Shown here piece by piece: positions 44,885-55,110 of a stretch of 64,000 nt of DNA. The DNA is from Candidatus Kapaibacterium sp. (GTDB lineage: Bacteria > Patescibacteriota > Patescibacteriia > UBA9934). How positions within the stretch are numbered: position 1 is the stretch's first letter; each line of letters opens with the position of its first letter. Made by a program: the position numbers and the translations under genes. The stretch is from the NCBI GenBank assembly GCA_044350705.1, contig JBILHA010000001.1, forward strand, positions 113,809-177,808. The letters are read 5' to 3'. A model generated the notes under the pieces. It was not told where the DNA came from and searched no databases. It worked only from the letters and a program-made list of their open reading frames with translations.

Positions 44885-45050
44885 CTAGGCTCGTATGCGA
44901 CCGAGAGCTCGGCCAGAATTTCCCCTAGGGAAATCGGGCAGGAGCGTACCATGATTTTTTTAGACCGGCAAGAGTCTTATCCGAGATAAAAAAGGCGTTT
45001 TTCCTTTTTGGGGAGTTTCCATCTTTTTATGTTTCGGCTATTCTTTTTGT

Positions 45051-45461
45051 ATGGAACGGGATTTTTCTTCTCTTTTGCGTGAAGCGGGGTTGCGGGTAAC
45101 GCGGCCTCGTTTGGCGTTTCTTGCCTATCTTTCTGCGCAGAAAAGACCGGTAGGGCTTCAGAGCATTGCAGCTCATCTCAAAGACGCAAATCTTACGACG
45201 ATTTATCGTATGATCGAGGCGTTTTTAGAAGCGGGGATTTTGCAGGGGTGTGATGTAGGGCATGGGCACATGGACTATGAGTTGGCGGATTTGCCACACC
45301 ATCATCATGTGATCTGTACTTCGTGTGGCCTTATTGAAGAAGTTGAAGAGTGTGCGAATGATCAGATGCTTCATCGACAGACCCTTCGTGCGTCAAAGAA
45401 GTTTTCTTCCATCGATGCACATCAAGCTACGTTTTACGGGGTGTGCAAATCGTGTAAATAA
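45051..45461 (+). CDS. Fur-family metalloregulator (Zur/Fur-like)
   Basis: wHTH N-terminus, HHHH and CxxC...CxxC metal sites (HHHHVICTSCG...GVCKSCK). Confidence 0.85.
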   Translation: MERDFSSLLREAGLRVTRPRLAFLAYLSAQKRPVGLQSIAAHLKDANLTTIYRMIEAFLEAGILQGCDVGHGHMDYELADLPHHHHVICTSCGLIEEVEECANDQMLHRQTLRASKKFSSIDAHQATFYGVCKSCK

Positions 45462-45463
45462 AT

Positions 45464-45496
45464 ATTCCCCCAGGCGAATGCCGAGGGGAATTTTTA
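45464..45496 (+). terminator. rho-independent terminator
   Basis: ATTCCCC-loop-GGGGAAT followed by TTTTT. Confidence 0.55.
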
Positions 45497-45506
45497 TACC
45501 TCTGTA

Positions 45507-46016
45507 TTATTTCTGTGGGTCCTGTCCATGAGAACCACGGGGGCTGAAGTGATGTCCGTGATTTTGATGGGGAAGAAATTCGCGAGGGATGTTGTTTTCT
45601 TGCGCCCAGGCTTTTACTTCTTCCATTTTTTCTTTTACCGCTTCATGGCGTTCGTCCGCGGAAAGATCTTTCAACGATTCTTTGAATCCTTCCATCTCTT
45701 CCCGGTGAGCGGCGATCGCGTCGGCTTGTTCTTGAGTTATTTTTCCGTCTTCTACGGCTTGAGCAAGGCGCTCGGCTTCATGTACTTCTCGTTCTTCTTG
45801 ACGTGCTTCGCGTTCCTCTTCAAACACTGCACGAACTTCATCGGCATTTATTCCGAAGCGTGTTGCAATGGCCTCTATGAGGCTTTCTCTTGCCTCTGCG
45901 CGAGGGTTGTTACCGCCGCTTGTGTGGGCAGCGAAAGCTGAAGAAATTCCCAAGCCTCCCGCGCCTACTGCAGCGATTGTTGCTGCAGCAATCACGCTCT
46001 TTTTTATGTTGAACAT
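45507..46016 (-). CDS. periplasmic Spy/CpxP/ZraP-like stress protein with His-rich C-terminus
   Basis: Signal peptide (MFNIKKSVIAAATIAAVGAGGLGISSAFA), helical acidic repeats, C-terminal HQNHGHHFSPRGSHG. Start moved to the ATG at 46016. Confidence 0.5.
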   Translation of the reverse strand: MFNIKKSVIAAATIAAVGAGGLGISSAFAAHTSGGNNPRAEARESLIEAIATRFGINADEVRAVFEEEREARQEEREVHEAERLAQAVEDGKITQEQADAIAAHREEMEGFKESLKDLSADERHEAVKEKMEEVKAWAQENNIPREFLPHQNHGHHFSPRGSHGQDPQK

Positions 46017-46170
46017 ACGTGCGTATCGAAAATAAAGGAATAAAGAGCGATGGCGTGGGTACGGGACTATTCCAGCAGGGCCAGAATATCCCGCAACCCG
46101 TCTTCGCCGTACAGACGCATGGAGGTGCATCTGCTCGCATCTTTACCTTAGAGGAAGGCTCATGAAGAAA

Positions 46171-47193
46171 TTATGAAGCCTTGTGGATAGGAAGAGTGAG
46201 GGTAACGGTTGTTCCTTTTCCGATCGCGCTTTTGATTGCAAGGCTTCCTTGGTGCAGTTTTACGATCTGTTCAACGATAGAAAGTCCAAGACCGCTTCCT
46301 CCATGGACTCGCGCTCTGCTTTTTTCTGCTCGATAGAATCGTTCTGTGCTGAGGGCGATATCTTCGTCGCTCATGCCTATCCCGGTATCCGTTACCATGA
46401 TTTGTATTTCTTGCGGAGTCCCTTGTGCGGATATTGTTACAGTTCCATGTTGTTGATTGTAGAGGATGGCGTTTTCTACAACATTCGCAAGCGCACGTTC
46501 GAGTAATTGTTTGTCTCCGGAAATTGCTTCTTTACTATCCACGTCTGCGACAATGATGGATCGCTGCTCTTTTTGTGCAAGAGGGGTGAGGCTTTTTACC
46601 ACTTGTTCAATGAGTGCATGCACCGGTACTGCCGTATGCGCGGGAGTGAGCCGTTCGGCTCGGGAGATGAGGAGGATATTTTGCAGGAGATGATGCATGC
46701 GATCTACTTCTTCAATTGCATCTTTTACATCTGTTTTGTGTTTTTCCCCCACGTTATTTTCAAGGTTTTCTAAGGAGGTACGGAGAATTGTAAGAGGGGT
46801 CCGCAATTCATGGGAAGCATCGCTTAAAAACTGTTGTTCTTTTTCGTAGCTTTTTTTGAGTGGTTCAAGGGTGAGCCCGGCAAGGAAATACCCCATGGCT
46901 CCTGCAAGGGTAAGAAGAACGCCGTTTGTGAGGAGCATGGCATCTCGAAGCTCTTCTCGTACGATTCCTGCTGCAGCAGCGGGTGTTCGTCTGTTTCCTT
47001 CAATCATTATGCGTTCTTCAAAATGAGGTGCGATTCTTCCTACAAAAATTGCTTTACTCATTTCGCTTGAAATGCCCAGCATGAGCACTGCAACGATAAA
47101 ATAAAAAATCGCGAGAGTAATTTGGGTGCGGAAGAGATGCTTACGAAATAAGTTGATAGCCTTTTCCCCAGACCGTGCGAAGACGTTTGCCAT
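46171..47193 (-). CDS. two-component sensor histidine kinase
   Basis: TM sensor, H-box SHELRTPL, N/G boxes (GGSGLGLSIV). Overlaps the upstream response-regulator gene by 53 nt. Confidence 0.85.
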   Translation of the reverse strand: MANVFARSGEKAINLFRKHLFRTQITLAIFYFIVAVLMLGISSEMSKAIFVGRIAPHFEERIMIEGNRRTPAAAAGIVREELRDAMLLTNGVLLTLAGAMGYFLAGLTLEPLKKSYEKEQQFLSDASHELRTPLTILRTSLENLENNVGEKHKTDVKDAIEEVDRMHHLLQNILLISRAERLTPAHTAVPVHALIEQVVKSLTPLAQKEQRSIIVADVDSKEAISGDKQLLERALANVVENAILYNQQHGTVTISAQGTPQEIQIMVTDTGIGMSDEDIALSTERFYRAEKSRARVHGGSGLGLSIVEQIVKLHQGSLAIKSAIGKGTTVTLTLPIHKAS

Positions 47194-47806
47194 ATGCGGG
47201 TGGAAGTTTTTTTCGGAGATTTTTTACGTGTACATCGACAACGTTACTGAAGGAATCGTAGAAGCGGTCCCATACATTGCTGAGCATGTCTTCTCGTGTG
47301 ATAACGGTTCCTTGATTTCTGAGAAGATATTCGAGAATACCGTATTCTCTGAGGGTAAGATCGAGTTTTTTATTTCCTACCGTGACGATTTGCGTACGCG
47401 TATCAAGAGTAAGGTCGTGATAGGTGAGGATATCGCTTTTTACGTCAGGTTGACGTCGCATGAGTACGCGAATACGCGCAACAAGTTCATCAAAGGAAAA
47501 GGGTTTTGTGAGATAGTCGTCTGCGCCAAGATTTAATCCTTGAATGCGGTCATTTACGGCGTCTCTTGCCGTGAGCATGATGATGGGTGTTTGAACTCCT
47601 TTTGCGCGCAGAGCTCGACATGTGGCAAAGCCATCTTGTCCGGGCATCATGATATCTAAGATAATGACGCTATAGGAGTTTTCGCGAGCTAGCCGTTCTC
47701 CTTCGTTTCCTTCTGGAGCGGTGTCGACGGTATATCCTCGTGAGGTTAGTCCCTCAGCTACATTTCTCCGTAGTTTTGGTTCATCCTCAATAAAAAGAAT
47801 GCGCAT
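47141..47806 (-). CDS. OmpR/PhoB-family response regulator
   Basis: Receiver domain (DxxxD...ILDIMMPG...K) and a winged-helix C-terminal domain. Confidence 0.9.
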   Translation of the reverse strand: MRILFIEDEPKLRRNVAEGLTSRGYTVDTAPEGNEGERLARENSYSVIILDIMMPGQDGFATCRALRAKGVQTPIIMLTARDAVNDRIQGLNLGADDYLTKPFSFDELVARIRVLMRRQPDVKSDILTYHDLTLDTRTQIVTVGNKKLDLTLREYGILEYLLRNQGTVITREDMLSNVWDRFYDSFSNVVDVHVKNLRKKLPPAYGKRLRTVWGKGYQLIS

Positions 47807-47991
47807 ATCCGTATGAATATACGCTTCTTTGTATGAAGAATCAATGAAGAGTGGATCGCCTAGGCGTCTTTTCCGTTGTAGGCGAAAGGGGTGAGCATGT
47901 GGGGGTTTACCCCCTCTAAGCAGAGGACATTGATGGATATTATTTCCATCCTTCCATAGCGGTGTTCAAGCTGCAAGAGAAATGGGGATCA

Positions 47992-48807
47992 TTACCAGAG
48001 AGAAACTTGCCCTCCTCCTTTGGCTTTTTTGAGATTACTCGTTGTGATATTAGCTGCAATACTTACGGGACAGTGATCCGAGCCGCCTACTTCGTGATGG
48101 ATTTTTTGATCGGTTATCCATGTTTGAAAGGTTTTTTGGAGCAGGATGTAGTCATAGCGAAATCCGTTGTTCATGCTGCGAAGGGCAGGGGAGAGTGCCC
48201 ACCAGGAGCTCAGGAGTGAGCTGCCCGCTGCGTTTCTCATAGGATCGTATAACTCATGCTCTTTCATTATTGTTTCTAGCGCCCCGCGCTCTTCTTTCGT
48301 GCATCCGTTCATGCCGCGAGGATGGGGAATGTTTTGACTATCAAGGATGGCTGGTGCGACATTGAAGTCTCCGCAAAGAAAGAAGGGCTTCCCTTTTTTT
48401 GTTGCGAGATGATTTGTGAATTCTTCCATCCATCTGAGTTTCTTGGCGATTTTTTCCGTGCCAGGAATAGCATTGGGAGCATAAAATGATCCGACGAGGA
48501 ATTCCCCAAAATCAGCGGTAATGCTCCGTCCTTCGGGATCAGGATTTCCTGCCAGGCCTGTTTCAAAAGAAAGTGGTTCAAAACGTGACAGGATGGCGGT
48601 GCCTGCATAGCCAGATTTTTCTGCAGGGTTCCAGAGGATTTTGTATTCGGGGAAAAGCGGTTCGATTGCATGAAGTTTATCAAGACTTGCTCGAACTTCT
48701 TGTAAACATACGATGTCTGGTTTTTCTTCCGATATCCACTCTTTAAATCCTTTTTCAAGAGCTGAGCGCAAGCTATTTACATTCCAGCTAAATATGCGCA
48801 TCTCCAT
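47992..48807 (-). CDS. xth: exodeoxyribonuclease III (AP endonuclease)
   Basis: MRIFSWNVNSLR...CLQE...SDHCPV, the EEP-fold motifs. Confidence 0.9.
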   Translation of the reverse strand: MEMRIFSWNVNSLRSALEKGFKEWISEEKPDIVCLQEVRASLDKLHAIEPLFPEYKILWNPAEKSGYAGTAILSRFEPLSFETGLAGNPDPEGRSITADFGEFLVGSFYAPNAIPGTEKIAKKLRWMEEFTNHLATKKGKPFFLCGDFNVAPAILDSQNIPHPRGMNGCTKEERGALETIMKEHELYDPMRNAAGSSLLSSWWALSPALRSMNNGFRYDYILLQKTFQTWITDQKIHHEVGGSDHCPVSIAANITTSNLKKAKGGGQVSLW

Positions 48808-48813
48808 AGGGAG

Positions 48814-49833
48814 CTACTTTACGTACCTTTGATAAACACGCTCATATCCCCGTGTCATTTTTTCGATACTGAACAGTTTTTCAGCGCGTTCACGAGTAGC
48901 ATTGCGGCTGATCTTTTTGATCTTCTTGATTGCTGCGGTCATCTGTTTTTCTGTGCGTACGACGTACCCGGTTTCTCCGTCTTGCACCACTTCTGATACC
49001 GCCCCGTTATCGAAAGCGATAACGGGGGTGCCGCAAGACATGGATTCAATCATCACCATGCCGAAAGTTTCTTGGGCGAGCGTGGGGAAGAGCAGGGCTT
49101 TTGCATTCCCCATGAGCTGTATTTTTTGATCGATGTTTGCGCGACCTACGTAGCGAATGTTTCTACCGTCTACATGAGGCTCGATCATGTGTGACCAATA
49201 TGTTTCTTGAGGATTGCTAACCCCAGCGATAATCAGAGGGGTATTTGTTGCCTTAGCTACTGCAATTGCGTGATGTACTCCCTTTTCTTCGGTAATTCTT
49301 CCTAGGTAAAGAAGATAATCTTGAGGTTCGCTAGTAAACGTATAGCGCTTGGTATCAACGCCATGATAGATGTTTGCAACCCAGTTGAGTTCTGGATATT
49401 GTGCACGTTGGGCAAGGCTAAAGCTTACAAATTTTTCTTTTTTATAGCGTAACACGTGAGCAAGCGCATCTTTATTTAGTGGAATGTGTACGGAGTGTAA
49501 TGTGGGAGTTTTTACGATTTGAGAAAAATAACAACCCAGGAGAGAGAAGTGATCATGAATAAGATCAAAGCGTTCCGCTTGGCTATAGCACAAAGAGGCG
49601 GTTGCCAAGTTTTCTCGCATGATTTCTGCGTCATTTAGACGACGTTCGGCGGCGTTTATGGAAGTAATGGATTGTAGCCTTGCAAGCGTCTGTGAATCGC
49701 CAGAGCCAAAAAGGTCTACCTGATGCTCTCGACGCACAAGGGCATTGCAGAGGTTTCCAACCAGGTTATGTACTCCATAGGGAGATTCCTCATTCGCAGG
49801 GCGATATACTGAACAAAGTTGAGCGATCTTCAT
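48814..49833 (-). CDS. family 1 (GT-B) glycosyltransferase
   Basis: E-x7-E motif (QETFGMVMIESMSCGTPVIAF). Confidence 0.8.
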   Translation of the reverse strand: MKIAQLCSVYRPANEESPYGVHNLVGNLCNALVRREHQVDLFGSGDSQTLARLQSITSINAAERRLNDAEIMRENLATASLCYSQAERFDLIHDHFSLLGCYFSQIVKTPTLHSVHIPLNKDALAHVLRYKKEKFVSFSLAQRAQYPELNWVANIYHGVDTKRYTFTSEPQDYLLYLGRITEEKGVHHAIAVAKATNTPLIIAGVSNPQETYWSHMIEPHVDGRNIRYVGRANIDQKIQLMGNAKALLFPTLAQETFGMVMIESMSCGTPVIAFDNGAVSEVVQDGETGYVVRTEKQMTAAIKKIKKISRNATRERAEKLFSIEKMTRGYERVYQRYVK

Positions 49834-50052
49834 ACGTGAGCAGGAGTGAAAAATCTTTGTTCCAAGCTAGGACGAAGTGTATAGAATATTCCCTCTTTTT
49901 TCAAAAAAATCTCCTTCTGGTAGCATGGCTGTATGCAAAATCTTGGAACTGCTATTTATACCTCAAAAGATAAGGAAAAGGCAAGAATATTCTGCAAAAA
50001 GATTTTTTCTTCCCATGCTCGTCAGCTAGGCCCTCTCTCCCCGCATTGCCAA

Positions 50053-51288
50053 ATGAGTATTGTGATTCCTGTCTTTTCCGAAAGGATTGATCGTCTGAAG
50101 AGGCAGATTGAGTCATTGAGAAAACAGAAGGGTTTTTTGGAGCATTTTGAAGTTATTTATATTGTTAATAATGATATTTCTGATGGTAGTCGAACGTGGA
50201 AAGAATCTTTTCGTAGGAATCAGGAGGCTATTGCCTTCCTTCGTAAAGATCACGGAATATCTCTTCATGTTATTGATCGGAGTTCCCTGGGAAAAGAAAT
50301 AAAAAACTGTAGCGTAGGTAAGGCCCGTAATATCGGTATTGCTGAGGCAAGTGTGCGATATTTTGAGCAGAATAAAGATGGCATTCTTTTTCAAAGCGAT
50401 GCTGACGTTCGTTTGTCTTGTATTCGACATTTACAAAGGATACGAAATGCCTTTTTAAAAAATCCTCGTATTTTTGGAATATCCGGAGGTGTTATTTATG
50501 AATTTAGTACGGATAATTTTGAGATGATCCCTCAATCAAAACAGCGCGATTTTTATCGTTCCCTCGTCCTTCATTTTCGTTGGCATGCATTGGTATATAT
50601 CTTAAGATCAGATACCTTAACTCTTCCGAAAGAAGCCACGCAGTTTTCGGGAGCACATATGATTTCGCGTGCATGGGCTTCTGCTTGTGTTGAAGGAGTG
50701 CCGGATCTTCCTAAAGGTGAAGATATTGCTTTTGGTGAAAATTTGGAAAAGTTTGCCTTGCACAAACATGGTCTCATATTACCCATGCGAGAAAAGTGGT
50801 ATGTAAGAACTGCTTTGCGAGAATCGTCTCGTACAGCAGCTTCTTTTGGAATGATATTTGATCGTATTTTGGAAGAAGGAGATCTGCATGCTCCTTCTCC
50901 AGATGCGCCCTTTTTTAAAGATTTTGCTAAAAAGGTATTGGGAGAAGTTGTTCGAATAAAAGATGTTTCCGGTTTGCGTGCTTTCTTGCATGATGAAGAA
51001 AGACCTTTTGCATTTTCAGATGATGATCTTCGCGCTTTTCTGAAGATCGCTCATGGTCATAAAACAAATGATCAGCGTTTTGATGCATATGAAATGTGGA
51101 GACGGAGGGATGAAAATAAACATAAGAGAGTCTTGGGTCATTTGTATAACATACGCTATCCACGGCAACGAATAACCTATTCTCGTTATTTACAACTGAG
51201 AGCAAAAGTAATAAAGGACAAGAAGAAAAAAGAATATCTCAAATACTTTACAAAGCATTATCACAATTTTAGATTTTCTTCTTCCTGA
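50053..51288 (+). CDS. glycosyltransferase-family-2-like protein
   Basis: MSIVIPVFSE...VIYIVNND resembles a GT-A N-terminus. An alternative upstream ATG exists at 49933. Confidence 0.45.
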   Translation: MSIVIPVFSERIDRLKRQIESLRKQKGFLEHFEVIYIVNNDISDGSRTWKESFRRNQEAIAFLRKDHGISLHVIDRSSLGKEIKNCSVGKARNIGIAEASVRYFEQNKDGILFQSDADVRLSCIRHLQRIRNAFLKNPRIFGISGGVIYEFSTDNFEMIPQSKQRDFYRSLVLHFRWHALVYILRSDTLTLPKEATQFSGAHMISRAWASACVEGVPDLPKGEDIAFGENLEKFALHKHGLILPMREKWYVRTALRESSRTAASFGMIFDRILEEGDLHAPSPDAPFFKDFAKKVLGEVVRIKDVSGLRAFLHDEERPFAFSDDDLRAFLKIAHGHKTNDQRFDAYEMWRRRDENKHKRVLGHLYNIRYPRQRITYSRYLQLRAKVIKDKKKKEYLKYFTKHYHNFRFSSS

Positions 51289-51310
51289 TTTTTGAAGATT
51301 AAAAAGAGGA

Positions 51311-51338
51311 AGGGGCGCGCCATGCGTGGCGCGCCCCT
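51311..51338. terminator. all-GC perfect palindrome, likely bidirectional terminator
   Basis: AGGGGCGCGCCA-TGCG-TGGCGCGCCCCT between convergent genes. No U-tract. Confidence 0.4.
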
Positions 51339-51344
51339 ACGGGT

Positions 51345-52079
51345 TTATCCCGACAGCACGATGACGAGATCGTCGTGGGGAATGACGACCTCGGCTTGGT
51401 GAGCCGAGAAGTCAATGGGAAGGTTCCGGGGAAACGGCGACCCAAGCCGTTCCCAGGTTTCTTTCGTCACTCGGACGAAGCAGAGCGTCTCTCGCATTTT
51501 GCAATGCGGGACGTTGAGCGCTCGCTCCACGCCGGTTTTGGATGTTGGGCAACAGCACGTCGCTTCCCAGACGTGCCTGGGGAGCTGGCTGTAGGTGAGC
51601 GCCACCATGCCCACTCTCCAGCCTACGATCATCGCTGCGCGATTGACCGTAGTCGCAAGAATGTTCTTCTCGCGGTGCCGAGCGAGGATGGCTTGGTAGA
51701 GTCGCAGACCTACGTGTTGGTGTAGGCCGTCGACTTTGCCCCGGACGTCCTCGCGCGTCCACACCGCTCCGAGCTCGAACCAGTTGCCTTCGGCGAGCGG
51801 TTCGATGGCGGCGTGTGCCACGATCTCGCCGTTCTTGAGGGCGATTGCGGACAGCCCCTGTCTCCAGAACTCGTAGAGATCATCTTCGGATTTGGTAAGG
51901 AGGGGAGAGAGGAGAGCGCCGTTCACGAGAACCCGCTCTGAAGCGGTGGCCGCGGCAACTACCGCGAGATGACGACGGATGTCCTGTTCACTCATGGCCA
52001 TGGCGGACTCCTGAAGATGGGACCGTAGAGTACAAACAAAAAGCGACCAAGGGAAGAGCCCCCTGGACTTCTTTGCCAT
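51345..52079 (-). CDS. hypothetical protein, conspicuously GC-rich (possible GNAT-like)
   Basis: 244-aa ORF. Local GC is clearly above its neighbours. Confidence 0.45.
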   Translation of the reverse strand: MAKKSRGLFPWSLFVCTLRSHLQESAMAMSEQDIRRHLAVVAAATASERVLVNGALLSPLLTKSEDDLYEFWRQGLSAIALKNGEIVAHAAIEPLAEGNWFELGAVWTREDVRGKVDGLHQHVGLRLYQAILARHREKNILATTVNRAAMIVGWRVGMVALTYSQLPRHVWEATCCCPTSKTGVERALNVPHCKMRETLCFVRVTKETWERLGSPFPRNLPIDFSAHQAEVVIPHDDLVIVLSG

Positions 52080-52124
52080 GTGAAAAGTCTTGTGTCAAGA
52101 AATGCTTTACGTTACTGTCTCTCT

Positions 52125-53024
52125 ATGCTTTCTCATGTTGATCAGGATATCGTGCGCTTTACCGGATCGGTACCTGGGCCATCCATTCTTATTATTGGAG
52201 GTATACATGGGAATGAACGTACGGGTATTGCGGTCGTTCGACAGCTTCAAGAAGAGCTTTTGTCGGGAAAACGCTTCGTTGTTTCGGGGACTCTCACGAT
52301 TGCTTTGGGTAATCCCTTGGCTATCGCGAAAGATGTTCGGTGCATTGAAAGCCGTGATCTTAATCGATATTTTTCTGCTCATGCGCTTTCCCATGATGAT
52401 GGGAGTTATGAGTTTATTCGTGCCAATATTTTAGCGAAATGCATTTTAGAGGCAGATGTGACCCTTGATATTCATGCGACAAATAAGCCCTCGGTTCCTT
52501 TTGTTGCTTCCAAGCACGATGAGGCGCATCAAGCCGTGTATCGTTGGTTCCAGCCGGAACATGTGCTTGTTGATCCCGCATATATTTTTGGAGGAGGAAA
52601 GCCGGTAACTACTGAGGAATATGCGGATGTACAGGGAAAAGTGGGTTTGTGTCTTGAAACAGGTTGGGCGCAAGATGAATCGGTGACGCCGAAGACTTTT
52701 TCTTCGGTTGTTGCGTATTTAACGCATGCGGGAGTATTTGGGGGAGAGAAGGCATCTCCACCTGAAGATCGCCCAGGTGTTTATCAGCTTACGCATGCCA
52801 TCCTTCGCGAAGAGCGGCCTTTTTCGTTTGCAAATGGAAGAGGAATGCGTTCATTTGAGCCTCTTTTGTCTGGACAAGTTTTGGGTTATCACGGAGACGA
52901 GCCGGTGTATGTTCGGGAGGAAGGGGTGCTTATTTTTCCCAAGCTCCCTGAGCATCAGCAGATAGGAAAGCCTGTTTGCTATCTTGCGAAGAAAATAGAG
53001 GTAGCTGGTTTTGGCCGTGTATGA
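52125..53024 (+). CDS. succinylglutamate desuccinylase/aspartoacylase-family zinc hydrolase
   Basis: IIGGIHGNERTG zinc-binding motif. Start moved to the internal ATG at 52125. Confidence 0.6.
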   Translation: MLSHVDQDIVRFTGSVPGPSILIIGGIHGNERTGIAVVRQLQEELLSGKRFVVSGTLTIALGNPLAIAKDVRCIESRDLNRYFSAHALSHDDGSYEFIRANILAKCILEADVTLDIHATNKPSVPFVASKHDEAHQAVYRWFQPEHVLVDPAYIFGGGKPVTTEEYADVQGKVGLCLETGWAQDESVTPKTFSSVVAYLTHAGVFGGEKASPPEDRPGVYQLTHAILREERPFSFANGRGMRSFEPLLSGQVLGYHGDEPVYVREEGVLIFPKLPEHQQIGKPVCYLAKKIEVAGFGRV

Positions 53025-53619
53025 TTCATGGCGTAGAAAAGGCGAGATCTTTCTTTTTATTATTTACGTAGCAGTTATGCCCGAATGGTTCATATCTTTT
53101 TTCGCACTTCATGCTCGAGAGATAGGTGTTATTGCCGGTATTTATTTTGTGGGAAGAATTGGCATGAGGATTTTGAAAAGCATTTTTCTTAAGCGTTGTG
53201 CAAAGGGTGCATCTGCGGGGCAAGTAAAACGTCTTAAAACGATCGCTCGTTTATTGAATGTTGTGCTTCATGCCGTTCTTCTTGTCATGATTGGCATGTG
53301 GGTTCTTCGTATTTTTGGCGTTGACCCCACGCCGCTTTTTGCGAGCGCTGGAGTCGTGGGACTTGCAATTGGTTTCGGAGCACAAACCCTGGTAAAAGAT
53401 TTTCTCTCAGGAATGTTTATTATCGTTGAAAATCAGTACGGAGTAGGTGACTGGGTTCGTATTAATGGACAGGAGGGTGAGGTGAAGATATTGAGCATTC
53501 GTCATACGCTCCTTCACGATAAAGATGGTAATGCGATTTATATTCCCAATGGAACCATCTCTTTAGTTGTTAATCTTAAGCATCCTCCTATTGATAAGGC
53601 TGCTCAAGATGAGAAATAG
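53011..53619 (+). CDS. small-conductance mechanosensitive channel (MscS-like)
   Basis: TM helices followed by the MscS beta-domain (FIIVENQYGVGDWVRINGQEGEVKILSIRHT). Confidence 0.7.
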   Translation: MAVYDSWRRKGEIFLFIIYVAVMPEWFISFFALHAREIGVIAGIYFVGRIGMRILKSIFLKRCAKGASAGQVKRLKTIARLLNVVLHAVLLVMIGMWVLRIFGVDPTPLFASAGVVGLAIGFGAQTLVKDFLSGMFIIVENQYGVGDWVRINGQEGEVKILSIRHTLLHDKDGNAIYIPNGTISLVVNLKHPPIDKAAQDEK

Positions 53620-53694
53620 CTCTTTTCCGCTTTACGTTTTTGCTGATTTTCTCTTTGGGGGCGCTCTACAAGAAGACAGCAAGAAAGTGAAGGT

Positions 53695-53853
53695 TTATGA
53701 TTCCTCCTCCTCTTTTTCGGGGATCCATTGCTCTACCCAGACGTTATCGTAGCTGCAATGAAATTTTGTCCAATCATAGGTTATTCCATCGCTTCCTCGC
53801 GTAGAGGATGATGTTTTTTTAGACATGGCGCGATCGCATTCAGGACAGTTCAT
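53695..53853 (-). CDS. small zinc-ribbon-like protein (uncertain)
   Basis: Hand-translated MNCPECDRAMSKK...FHCSYDNVWVEQWIPEKEEEES. Below the ORF-track cutoff. Confidence 0.2.
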   Translation of the reverse strand: MNCPECDRAMSKKTSSSTRGSDGITYDWTKFHCSYDNVWVEQWIPEKEEEES

Positions 53854-53956
53854 ATGAAGTCAGCATAAAACTCATCTTTCTTTTTCGCAAGCAATTCTTT
53901 TTGTTTAAAAAGAAAACAGGCGGTCAAGCCGCCTGCATCCATTCTTGAGCGATGGT

Positions 53957-54125
53957 GTTATTCGTTGCGGTTCCCGCTGCGGCTGCTTTGACCACCTTTG
54001 CGGCCAATTTCTGCCATATGATTACGGTCTTGGCTTACTGCTTCTCCTCCCTTGCGAGCTACTTCTTTGCGAGTTTCCTCGTCTGCACTTGCGAGTCCGC
54101 GATTACTGCCTTCTTGATACGTCAT
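53957..54125 (-). CDS. KGG-repeat general stress protein (Con-10/GsiB-like)
   Basis: Hand-translated MTYQEGSNRGLASADEETRKEVARKGGEAVSQDRNHMAEIGRKGGQSSRSGNRNE with two RKGG motifs. Below the ORF-track cutoff. Confidence 0.5.
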
Positions 54126-54381
54126 AGGATTTTAGTATTAAGAGTCAGTGTGGCGTGTTTTCCGTTTTTGCATCTCTCGGGCCCGAGAAACTGCAAGAGA
54201 CAGATTGCAACGCCAGGAAAATCAAGATTTACGGTTTCTTGTATTCTCCTCGCGCTGTAATGCGTATCTCTTTCTACTATAGGTGTTGGGTAAAGGGGGT
54301 CAAGCGGCCTTTCTGTGTATAACGAAGGATTATTATGCTGAGATTCTATTAAACATTTCTTGGTTAGCAACAGTTGAGTTT

Positions 54382-55110
54382 TTAATCGTCATATTTTGGC
54401 GATATCATAGGAACTTCTATTGCTAAAAGATGGCAAGGTTTCTCGATTTTTCCCTCGATTTTTTCTTCGTTCCATATGGCGATGGCATCTCCTCTGCGCA
54501 GTTCTTGATGTTGTATTTTCATTTCCCCTTTTATGACAAAAAGAAAGATGCCATGTTCTTTTTTGTGGGGAATAAACGTAAAACTTTGAGCTTTATCAAA
54601 CTCTGCTAATGAGAACCAGCATTCTTGGAAAATGCGAAGCTGATGTTTTTCCGGGGTAGGTGAAATGAGGGTGAGGAATGTATTTCGGGGAAAAGGATGC
54701 GGAAGAGCGAGCTGCTCGTACCGAGGAAGGATATTTTTTTCTTGGGGAATGATCCAAATTTGGAGAAGGTGCACATCTTCATCTGTTGATGCGTTTACTT
54801 CGCTATGCGTAATGCCTGTTCCGGCGGACATGATTTGCACTTCTCCTGAGGAGATTGTTGCGCTATTTCCCATGCTGTCTTGATGTTTTAGCGCGCCTGC
54901 AAGAGGAATGGTGACTATTTCCATGTTGTCATGCGAATGTGCCCCAAAACCCATTCCTCCTGCAATGGCATCCTCATTCAGCACGAGGAGTGCGCCAAAG
55001 TGCATTCTGTTTGGATTGTAATAACGCGCAAAGCTGAAAGAATGTGATGAGGTAAGCCATCCGTGCTTTACGTGGCCTCGTTCATGATTTGGATGGAATT
55101 CGTAGGGCAT
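54382..55110 (-). CDS. pirin-family cupin protein
   Basis: His-rich metal sites (HSHDNMEIVT...) and bicupin layout. Confidence 0.8.
   Translation of the reverse strand: MPYEFHPNHERGHVKHGWLTSSHSFSFARYYNPNRMHFGALLVLNEDAIAGGMGFGAHSHDNMEIVTIPLAGALKHQDSMGNSATISSGEVQIMSAGTGITHSEVNASTDEDVHLLQIWIIPQEKNILPRYEQLALPHPFPRNTFLTLISPTPEKHQLRIFQECWFSLAEFDKAQSFTFIPHKKEHGIFLFVIKGEMKIQHQELRRGDAIAIWNEEKIEGKIEKPCHLLAIEVPMISPKYDD

Noticed and set aside
44412-44989. ORF-track + strand ORFs across the tRNA cluster.
   Set aside because: The region is occupied by minus-strand tRNA genes; the ORFs are reverse-complement artefacts.
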